From: Chloroflexota bacterium
GTDB lineage: Bacteria > Chloroflexota > UBA6077 > JACQUR01
Assembly (NCBI GenBank): GCA_016210245.1
Contig: JACQUR010000108.1
Coordinates: forward strand, 1-32,602
Direction of reading: 5' to 3'
DNA length: 32,602 nucleotides
The first letter of the stretch is position 1. Each line of letters starts with the position of its first letter. The position numbers and the translations under genes are program-made. Shown here in pieces: positions 25,967 to 32,602 of this stretch. Below the pieces are notes generated by a model. It was not told where the DNA came from. It was given only the letters and a program-made list of their open reading frames with translations, and made no database searches.

Positions 25967-27187
25967 ATGGCGGCGCCCGCGCCAGGGACCAGGCCGGCCG
26001 GGGGCTCCAGAGCGGCGCGCGAGCCGCTCTGGAGCCCCCCGTTCCTGCTCATTTGCGGCTCGCAGTTCCTGAGCTACGCCAACAACGTGATGCTCCACCC
26101 GGTCTTGCCACTCTACCTGGCCAGCCTTGGCCAGACGCCCGCCTTCGTTGGCCTGACCGTGGCCGCTTTCAGCGTCACCTCCTTCGCTCCCCGCCCGCTG
26201 GTAGGCCAGGGCGTCGATCGCTGGAGCGCGCGCGGCGTGTACGTGCTCGGGGCGCTGGCGCTCGCTGCGTCCAGCTTCAGCTACCTGCTGCCCCTCGTGG
26301 CCCTGCTGCTGCTCATGCGCACCGTCCACGGCCTCGGCTGGGCCGCAGTCAACACGGCCGGCGTCACGATCGTCTCCGAGACGACGCCCGCCAGCCGCCG
26401 CGGCGAGGGCGTCGGGTACTTCGGCATGACGCGCGGCATCGCGACGGGCCTCCTGCCAGCGCTGGGCGTCTGGCTCGTCGCGGGCACAGGCTTCCCCTTG
26501 ATCTTCGTCCTGTCCGGCCTGTTCGGTCTCGGCGCGGCGTGTACCGCGGCCATGGTGCCGACCGCGCCGCGTGCGCGGCAGGCCGAGTCGGGCGGCGGCT
26601 TCTGGAGCAACCTGGTCGAGCCGCGGGTTGCCCTGCCGGCGACCCTGCGCGTCCTGCTCAACACCACCCACCCGATCACCACGGCCTTCGTCGCGCTCTA
26701 CGCCCGGGAGCGGGGCATCCAGATCGAGGACTTCTCGTTCTACTACCTGGCCAGCGGCTTCGCCATGGTCGGCGCCCAGTCCCTGGCCGGATTCTCCGAC
26801 CGCTGGGGACGGGCGCCGCTGATCGCCGTCGGCTTCACCGCCAGCACTCTTGGCCTGGCCAGCATGCTGTGGGCCTCGGCGCTCCTGCCGCTCGTGCTGG
26901 GCGGCGCGCTGTGGTCGGCCGGGGTGGGCCTGCTGGAGCCGGCGCTGCTGGCGCTGGCCATCGACAAGGCCCCGCCCAGCCACCGCGGCGCCAGCATGGC
27001 TACCTACACGGCCTCGTTCCAGGTCGGAACCACGATCGGCGGACTGGTGTGGGGAGTCGCCATCGAGCAGGTGGGCTACAGTGGGATGTTCCTCGGAGCG
27101 ATCGCGGTGCTCCTGGCCGGGCTGGTCCTGCTGGCCGCGAACTGGGAGTCGGCCGGCGGGCGGGGGCTCAGCCAAGGAAAGACGTAG
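25967..27187 (+). CDS. MFS transporter (copy 2)
   Basis: Paralog of 22187..23404 (AAFSVTSFA, HGxGWAAxNT, MATY); ATG lies 1 nt after the JAB stop. Confidence 0.88.
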   Translation: MAAPAPGTRPAGGSRAAREPLWSPPFLLICGSQFLSYANNVMLHPVLPLYLASLGQTPAFVGLTVAAFSVTSFAPRPLVGQGVDRWSARGVYVLGALALAASSFSYLLPLVALLLLMRTVHGLGWAAVNTAGVTIVSETTPASRRGEGVGYFGMTRGIATGLLPALGVWLVAGTGFPLIFVLSGLFGLGAACTAAMVPTAPRARQAESGGGFWSNLVEPRVALPATLRVLLNTTHPITTAFVALYARERGIQIEDFSFYYLASGFAMVGAQSLAGFSDRWGRAPLIAVGFTASTLGLASMLWASALLPLVLGGALWSAGVGLLEPALLALAIDKAPPSHRGASMATYTASFQVGTTIGGLVWGVAIEQVGYSGMFLGAIAVLLAGLVLLAANWESAGGRGLSQGKT

Positions 27188-27253
27188 AGCTGGACCCGCG
27201 TGTGCCGCCGTCTAATCTCGGTAGCGGGCACTCGCCCACCCGGGCGATGCGGA

Positions 27254-27538
27254 TCACTCCCACAGGCGCTCGCGGGCCACGAAGAGCAGGTCCGGCTGGA
27301 CCACCATGATCTCGCTGAGCAGCACGTCGCACGGCGCTATGAGCACCTTGCCCAACCGCTGCTGCCGCACGTGGCGATCCAGCCGGACCGCGAGATTCAA
27401 CACCACGCTCTGGTGGCCCGTGCTGGGAACCGGCGTTACTTCCAGCTCGCCTTCGAGCAACTCATACCGCTTGCCGTCGTCCGGAAGCTGGACGTAGTCC
27501 GCGTAGGTCAGGATGACCCGCTCCGGCTGGGTAGCCAC
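27254..27538 (-). pseudogene. Truncated Uma2-family (PD-(D/E)XK) endonuclease
   Basis: LTYADYVQLPDDGKRYELLEGEL...HQ...VVQPDLLFV is the typical Uma2 N-terminal half; it stops after 94 aa, before the PDLVVEILS segment. Confidence 0.75.
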
Positions 27539-27615
27539 CACACACCTCGCACCAAAGCGAAGCCAACGTGGGATCTGCATGACGTTGTGAGTGCCTGCTC
27601 GCGGAGAGGGACGTT

Positions 27616-27682
27616 CACCACGGAGCCACGGAGCCACGGAGCTTTTTCTCAGAAGACTCCGTGGCTCCGTGGCTCCGTGGTG
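27616..27682. repeat. Palindrome with 26-bp perfect arms containing (CACGGAGC)n octamers
   Basis: 27616-27641 and 27657-27682 are reverse complements; sister of 24655-24749. Confidence 0.9.
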
Positions 27683-27730
27683 CGCGTCTCCTCACGCGCG
27701 AAGCCATGAGGGTTTCACCCTGGCTTTAGT

Positions 27731-28039
27731 TTAGGGCACGGTCGCCACGAGTCGGAAGTTTCCTGGCCTGGCCTCGCTGCATAGAGCGGCGAGCTGGCGA
27801 ATCATCGCGGGTGTCCGAGGATCTGCCCGCATCGCCTGAATGGCTTCGAGACTCTTCCATGGTCCGAAGGAGTAGAACAACTGGGGGTCGTCCAGGCTCT
27901 GGACGAGCGTCCCTGGTGGTTCCGGAGGCTCGGGCAGACTCATGAAGAAGGCGCCCAATTCCTTCCAGGCGGCAACAAAGGCGGTCTCCTGCCCGGGCTT
28001 CACCCGCCACACCCCCAGCGTATAGACCTGGTTCTCCAT
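27731..28039 (-). CDS. Antibiotic biosynthesis monooxygenase (ABM)-like dimeric alpha/beta-barrel protein
   Basis: 102 aa, WRVKPGQETAFVAAW...FYSFGPWKSLEA; GGAGG RBS upstream of ATG 28039. Confidence 0.72.
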   Translation of the reverse strand: MENQVYTLGVWRVKPGQETAFVAAWKELGAFFMSLPEPPEPPGTLVQSLDDPQLFYSFGPWKSLEAIQAMRADPRTPAMIRQLAALCSEARPGNFRLVATVP

Positions 28040-28205
28040 TCCGATCCTCCCTGACACGGTGTCTCTGCCCCAGGCACGGACTTGCTGGGGCAAAACGGTA
28101 CTCCCTCGCACGCGCTGTGCCGGGCCCGCCGACCTCGCCGCACGGCCGAGCGGAAGCTGGCCGGCACGCGCTCTGCCGGAGTGAGGCCACCAGAGAGACA
28201 GAGAC

Positions 28206-28631
28206 ATGCGCATCGCCCAGATCGCCCCGCCCCACCAACCTACCCCACCCGACGGGTTCGGCGGGTCCGAGCTGGTGGCCAGCAACCTGACCGAGGAACT
28301 GGTGCGGCGTGGGCACCAGGTGGTGATCTTCGCGCACCCGGCCTCCTCGACCCGGGCTGAGCTGGTTCCCTTGCCGGAGACGCTTCAACCGCTCTCCTTC
28401 GATCAGAAGGAGTTGCTCCACGGTGGAGGCCAAGTCGGACTACCTGCGGTTCACGGAACGGGGCTATCGCGACGCCCGCCAGGAGCTGTAGGGGCAACGC
28501 CTGCGCCGGGCGGGGTAGCCGTGGCCAGGTCCCCGCGCGCCCGGCGCAGCACCAGGTCGATGAACAGCGCCGCCGACCAACTGAACCCGGCCGCGGCGCT
28601 GGGCGGCACCGCCCCGGTCTCGGGATCGTAG
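28206..28631 (+). pseudogene. N-terminal fragment of a GT4-family glycosyltransferase
   Basis: MRIAQIAP...PPDGFGGSELVASNLTEELVRRGHQVVIFA is a classic GT4 N-terminus. Similarity ends near 28420 and the frame runs antisense into the next gene. Confidence 0.75.
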
Positions 28632-30271
28632 TACTCGGCGATCTCCGGCTGGCTGGCCACCAGTTCCAGGGTGCGGTCGGCCAGCCGCCGGGCCAGCGCC
28701 GGTTGTCTGGCTGCCAGCAGCGCCTCCACCAGCAGGTAGTTGGCGTTGATCCACACCGGGCCGCGCCACATCTGCTGGGCATCGTAGGTCGGCTCGTCCG
28801 CGCTGACCGTTGCCACTGGAAAGGGACGCCACAGCCGCGCGGGATCGGCCAGTGCAGCCAGCAGCGGCGCCGCCTGGCCCTCAGCCAGCCGTCCGGTCCA
28901 CAGGGGGAGCAGGTTGAAGGGCGTGAGCACCCGCACGAGGGTGTCGCCCCGCCTCGGCCAGAAGAGCCCGGTGGCCGGGTCGTACAGGCGGGCCAGGAGC
29001 TGCGCGAACAGCCCCTCCGCCTCCTGCGCCCAGTCGTCCGCCTCCGCCCCACGGCCCAGCAGGCGGGCGATCGTCGCCAGAGACTGGGCCTGGACGCACA
29101 GATAGGCCCCCAGGTCCGGCGACTCCGCCGGCAGGCCGGCGTCCCAGAGCGGGCTGTCGTCCAGCCCGGACGAGTAGGCGTGCAGGTAGCGCGGCAGGCT
29201 GTCACCCTCGGCCGTGGTGGCCCACCAGCGGTGCCAGCGGACCAGCGGGCCATATACCTCCGCCAGGAAGCCCCGACCCGCGCCGGCCTCGAACAGGCGC
29301 AGCGTGGCCCAGCCGAGCAACGGCGGCTTGGTGATCGGCTGGCCGTCCGCGGCTCGCACGATGACCCCCACGTCGCGCACCACGTCCGGGATCATGCCGT
29401 CGGGCTGCTGGTGCTCGAGCAGCAGCCGCACCTGGTCCAGGGCCAGCGCCAGATCGGCGTGGCGGCAGCCCAGGGCGTGGAAGAGGGCATCCCAGTGCCA
29501 GACGCCGAGGTAGCGGAACTTGGATGGGGCGATCCCGTCGCGGGTCAGCGACCCACGCGCGCTCAGCACGTTGGCCCGCAGCAGGTACCAGGCGTAGTAG
29601 TAGGGGCGCCGATAGCGAACTGGCGGTGGAGGGGCCGCGGCAAACCACTGCGCCCACCGCCGCGCCGCCGCCTCCTGCACGGCCTCGATGAGCAGCCCAC
29701 GCTCTGGCAGCATGGGAGCTTCACCCATGGCCAGGGGCACGGTGGCAGGCCCCAGGGCAGCGTTGCAGAGCTCCACCCGGTGCGTCCCGTCCTGAGCGGT
29801 CGACTCCACCCGGAGTTGCGGCCCGGCCTGGAGAGCCAGACGACGCAGTCCCTCCCAGCGAACCACGCCTTCGCGCTGGGCGACGGAGGCGGCCTGGACC
29901 TCGAAGCCCAGGCCAGCGCCCGCCGGGAGGCCGACCGCCAGGCACTGCTCGTCCACGAAGCAGAGCAGGAAGTCGCCCCGCGCGGTCCGCAGGCGGAGCT
30001 GGTGGGGCCACGTGTCCACCTCGAAGTCCAGCGGGTGGCCGTCCTGGTCGAGAGGGCGGAGGTGGCCCAGAAAGGGGCGGGAGCGGTGGCTGCCCAGCCC
30101 GGGCTGGTCCGCCAACCACTCCTCCGCCAGGAAGATGGTCAGGCCCTCGCCGACAGGGGCGCGCATCACCAGCAGGCGCGACCCGCGCTCGGTGAAGGGC
30201 ACGGCGTGCAGGTTCAGTGCGTTCGCGAGCAGGTCCAGCGGAGCAAGCTCGGCGTGCTGGGGGGCATACAC
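28451..30271 (-). CDS. (alpha/alpha)6-barrel glycoside hydrolase, GH63/MGH1/trehalase-like
   Basis: Motifs GVWHWD, TKPP, SGLDDSP, MWRGPVW, EYYDP, FSWS. The start is uncertain. Confidence 0.82.
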   Translation of the reverse strand: MYAPQHAELAPLDLLANALNLHAVPFTERGSRLLVMRAPVGEGLTIFLAEEWLADQPGLGSHRSRPFLGHLRPLDQDGHPLDFEVDTWPHQLRLRTARGDFLLCFVDEQCLAVGLPAGAGLGFEVQAASVAQREGVVRWEGLRRLALQAGPQLRVESTAQDGTHRVELCNAALGPATVPLAMGEAPMLPERGLLIEAVQEAAARRWAQWFAAAPPPPVRYRRPYYYAWYLLRANVLSARGSLTRDGIAPSKFRYLGVWHWDALFHALGCRHADLALALDQVRLLLEHQQPDGMIPDVVRDVGVIVRAADGQPITKPPLLGWATLRLFEAGAGRGFLAEVYGPLVRWHRWWATTAEGDSLPRYLHAYSSGLDDSPLWDAGLPAESPDLGAYLCVQAQSLATIARLLGRGAEADDWAQEAEGLFAQLLARLYDPATGLFWPRRGDTLVRVLTPFNLLPLWTGRLAEGQAAPLLAALADPARLWRPFPVATVSADEPTYDAQQMWRGPVWINANYLLVEALLAARQPALARRLADRTLELVASQPEIAEYYDPETGAVPPSAAAGFSWSAALFIDLVLRRARGDLATATPPGAGVAPTAPGGRRDSPVP

Positions 30272-30365
30272 CGATGGCGGGATCCCGCGTAACCTCGCCG
30301 TGCCCGGGGAGCGGCGGCGGGCTGAGTATACCAGCCGCAGGTAGGCACGGCGACGGTTGGCGGGT

Positions 30366-30570
30366 CCGGGGTCATCGTCCTGAAGGGGGAAGTTGCCGCC
30401 CTGAAGGGCGGACCTGGGCGTGAGGCCCGCCCTTCAGGGCGGCAGCCCCAGCCCCGGCGGACCTGGGCGTTGGGCCCGCCCTTCAGGGCGGCAGTCCCAG
30501 CCCCGGCGGACCTGGGCGTTAGGTCCGCCCTTCAGGGCGGCAACTTCCCCCTTCAGGACGATGACCCCGG
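30366..30570. mobile_element. MITE/REPIN-like non-autonomous element, 205 bp with 50-bp perfect terminal inverted repeats and internal tandem REP units
   Basis: 30366-30415 and 30521-30570 are exact reverse complements; the interior has ~49-nt tandem units; no ORF. Mobility is inferred. Confidence 0.65.
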
Positions 30571-30611
30571 GTCCGCCTCCGCGCCTGCCTGCGCTCTACG
30601 GCGAGGATGCC

Positions 30612-30857
30612 CTACCGCCCGCCGGCCACGCCTGTCCGGCGGCGGGCGGCCATGGTCCAGAAGGCGTAGAGGTGCATCAGCGCCGACAGGCCCAGCAGCG
30701 CGTAGCCCAGAGGCCGCGCCTGCCGCGCCACACCTGGGTAGACCAGCAGTCCCAACCCGACTCCGCCCAGGGCATGGGCCACCTCCCGCTGGAGCGGCTT
30801 GTCCTCCCACATGAAGCCCGCCGTCTGGCGGTAGGCCGCCTCGATCTGTGTCAACAT
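30612..30857 (-). CDS. Small hypothetical membrane protein (81 aa, about 2 TM helices)
   Basis: GGAG 9 nt before ATG 30857; hydrophobic AHALGGVGLGLLV and GYALLGLSALMHLYAFW. The longer ORF upstream is REP-derived. Confidence 0.55.
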   Translation of the reverse strand: MLTQIEAAYRQTAGFMWEDKPLQREVAHALGGVGLGLLVYPGVARQARPLGYALLGLSALMHLYAFWTMAARRRTGVAGGR

Positions 30858-30974
30858 GATCCACTGCTCCAATCCGATGTCTGGCACTCCTGCTTGCCAG
30901 GCCTGCAAAGGGTATGCCGAGGTGATCGAGCCGGGCGACCAGGCAGGTGGTCGTGTCTTGCTGACCTTCGAGTC

Positions 30975-31154
30975 GCAGGGGGCGACGGCCCTGTCGCCCC
31001 GCCGGCCCCGTTCCGTAGGGGGCGACGGCCCTGTCGCCCCGCCGCGCAGAGCGCGGCAAAGGCCCCGGGGGTCGGAGGCCACAGAAGGTGGCCCCGGCTC
31101 GTGGGACCATTGCCGCCCTTCGGGCGGCGGGCAGACAGGGCCGTCTGCCCCTAC
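30975..31154. repeat. Cluster of GTAG-type REPs
   Basis: Two direct copies of G(C/T)AGGGGGCGACGGCCCTGTCGCCCC (30975, 31015) and an inverted variant ending CCCCTAC (31129-31154). Confidence 0.82.
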
Positions 31155-31271
31155 GGCTACGGCAGGGCGGCGGGCAGAAAGCGTCGTCCGTCCCGACGAT
31201 GGGTGACCTGCCGGCAGGTGGCGCAGGCCGCTGGCCTGCGCAGATCGCACGGCCCCGGCGAGAAGCCCGGG

Positions 31272-31523
31272 CTACACCAGGCTCATCACCTCGGTAATCT
31301 CGTCCGGGCCCAGGGTGATGCCCATGGCCGCGTGGCCCTGGCGCACCGCCTCGGCGCTGGCGGCTTCGGTCAGGCACCAGCCCCGCCCGTTCTGGGCGAC
31401 GAACACGTTCAGGGGTACCACTCCAAAGGCATCCGCCTGGCCCGCCTGTACCTGCGCGCGCATAGCCTGCACGGCCTCGGGCGGCAACTGAGGCATCGCA
31501 TGCTGATCCATGAACTTCGGCAT
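31272..31523 (-). CDS. DUF4242 (SCO4226-like) small metal-binding protein
   Basis: 83 aa, MPKFMDQH...WCLTEAASAEAVRQGH...DEITEV pattern; GAGGAG RBS. Confidence 0.72.
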   Translation of the reverse strand: MPKFMDQHAMPQLPPEAVQAMRAQVQAGQADAFGVVPLNVFVAQNGRGWCLTEAASAEAVRQGHAAMGITLGPDEITEVMSLV

Positions 31524-31684
31524 CTCTCTTGTGCTCCTCTCACGCCTCTTCTCGGGTTCTTCTATCCTGGCAGCATCTACGCTGAGCAGCGTCCCGACAG
31601 CCTGTCACGCTACGGCGACGGTCTCCTCCCCAAGCTGGATTGCGGATCGACCTCTCGGCCTGTCCGCGGCGGCGCGTGCTGCCC

Positions 31685-32140
31685 CTATGCGGCCGGAGCA
31701 GCCCAGGGGTCCGGGCCGGGGTCGCGGCCCTCGGCAGCGATGGCCAGGCGCGCCAGGTAGTGGCCCCAGCCTTCGGTGTGCTGCTCACGCTGGTCGACGG
31801 GCAGTCCCAGGTGGCGCAGGCGCACGATCGTGCCATCGCCATCCGGCACCAGGGAGATCTCGACGGTGCTGGAGCCCGGTGGAACGGGGCTGGCTTCGCC
31901 CTCCCAGCCCCAGGTGAAGACGACGCGGCGGTGGGGGGCGAGCTCGAGGTAGCTGCCGCGCGCGGCGTCACGCGGGTTGATGCTGACGCGGTAGAGTCCG
32001 CCGGGACGGGGGTCCAGGTCGGCGGCGACGCCCATCCAGCGCACCATTCTGGCCGGATCCACCAGGAAGGAGAACACGGTCTCCGGCCGCGCGGCGATCC
32101 TGATCTCCCGTTGCACCACGTCACGTTCGTTCGGTGCCAC
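31685..32140 (-). CDS. SRPBCC (AHSA1/CalC-like) domain protein
   Basis: EIRIAARPETVF...DPRPGG...RVVFTWGW...STVEISL...GW; overlaps the upstream ArsR gene. Confidence 0.88.
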   Translation of the reverse strand: MAPNERDVVQREIRIAARPETVFSFLVDPARMVRWMGVAADLDPRPGGLYRVSINPRDAARGSYLELAPHRRVVFTWGWEGEASPVPPGSSTVEISLVPDGDGTIVRLRHLGLPVDQREQHTEGWGHYLARLAIAAEGRDPGPDPWAAPAA

Positions 32141-32453
32141 CCTGCGAGGCCCTCCGTTCTTCAGCTTCGGCCGCCTGCTTGAGCAACCACAGGCGTCCCT
32201 CCCAGAACCCTTCGAGGAACTCTCTGAGCTCGGCCAGGCCCTCCGGTCGAGCGCGATACAGGCGCCGCGTCCCCTGGCGGCGCACGGACACGAGGCCTGC
32301 GTCGGCCAGCACCCGCAGGTGCTGGGAGATGGCCGGGCGCGTCACCTCGAAGTGCGAGGCGATAGCACCGGAGGTCAGCTCTGCGTCCCAGATCAGGCGT
32401 AGAATCTCCCTGCGCCGAGGCTCGGCGATCGCACGCAGCGCCAGGTCGACCAT
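32121..32453 (-). CDS. ArsR/SmtB-family transcriptional regulator
   Basis: AIAEPRRREIL...TRPAISQHLRVLADAGLV...GTRRLY winged HTH; the usual ArsR-SRPBCC pairing. Confidence 0.92.
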   Translation of the reverse strand: MVDLALRAIAEPRRREILRLIWDAELTSGAIASHFEVTRPAISQHLRVLADAGLVSVRRQGTRRLYRARPEGLAELREFLEGFWEGRLWLLKQAAEAEERRASQGGTERT

Positions 32454-32488
32454 GTTGCTATTGTAGTGATGGCTTACGAAAGTGTCAA
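32454..32488 (-). promoter_or_regulatory. Sigma70-type promoter for a leaderless arsR transcript
   Basis: Minus strand reads TTGACA (32488-32483), 17 nt, TACAAT (32465-32460), 6 nt, ATG; no SD sequence. Confidence 0.8.
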
Positions 32489-32543
32489 CTTACAGTCTTT
32501 CCCGGGCCGTCGTCCTCGAGGGGGAAGCAGTCGTCGTGCGGGG

Positions 32544-32602
32544 GCAGCCACAGGGGGCTGCCCCTACACGGAACCTCCGTAGGGGCAGCCCCCTGTGGCT
32601 GC
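32544..32602. repeat. Inverted GTAG-type REP doublet (runs off the window)
   Basis: 32544-32567 and 32579-32602 (GTAGGGGCAGCCCCCTGTGGCTGC) are exact reverse complements. Confidence 0.88.

Noticed and set aside
27188-27260. Frameshifted continuation of the Uma2 gene
   Set aside because: No minus-strand frame after the stop gives the expected GAPDLVVEILSP segment before the convergent MFS gene.
132-30292. Many long antisense and alternate-frame ORFs (e.g. 1480..2934, 4979..6730, 10577..12400, 28703..30292)
   Set aside because: They are shadows of well-supported genes, expected in high-GC DNA, and lack recognisable motifs.
30420-31760. 446-aa plus-strand ORF and overlapping 212/274-aa minus-strand ORFs
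   Set aside because: Largely translated REP sequence and antisense of DUF4242; only 30612..30857 looks like a real small gene.
1-32602. tRNA, rRNA, transposase or integrase genes
   Set aside because: No cloverleaf or rRNA signature and no DDE, HUH or recombinase motif was recognised by eye; a covariance-model or HMM scan was not run.

Overview
High-GC bacterial DNA. Lipoproteins with long Pro/Ala/Lys linkers and the intergenic repeat style suggest Chloroflexota, but this is inference. Bases 1-27187 are one co-oriented (+ strand) cluster that looks like (hetero)aromatic-acid catabolism and uptake. It holds a duplicated pair of coupled UbiD-family (de)carboxylases, two xanthine-dehydrogenase-family Mo subunits, a TctC/Bug lipoprotein, four paralogous SsuA/THI5-type ABC binding lipoproteins, two pairs of ABC permeases, a 4,5-dihydroxyphthalate-decarboxylase-like protein, an EamA transporter, two MFS paralogs and a bicupin. 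Embedded near its end is an unexpected two-gene module: a coiled-coil + E2-like protein (HPHV...CLG) coupled to a JAB/JAMM metallopeptidase, with no E1 or ubiquitin-like gene in the window. This is the best candidate for an undescribed system. The right end holds truncated Uma2 and GT4 genes, an ABM-like protein, a GH63/MGH1-like hydrolase, and ArsR, SRPBCC and DUF4242 genes, with a near-consensus leaderless promoter before ArsR. Most gene junctions carry palindromic elements (7-/8-mer inverted arrays, GTAG-type REPs, MITE-like units), and one sits in frame inside a Mo-subunit gene. No rRNA, tRNA, CRISPR or transposase was seen.
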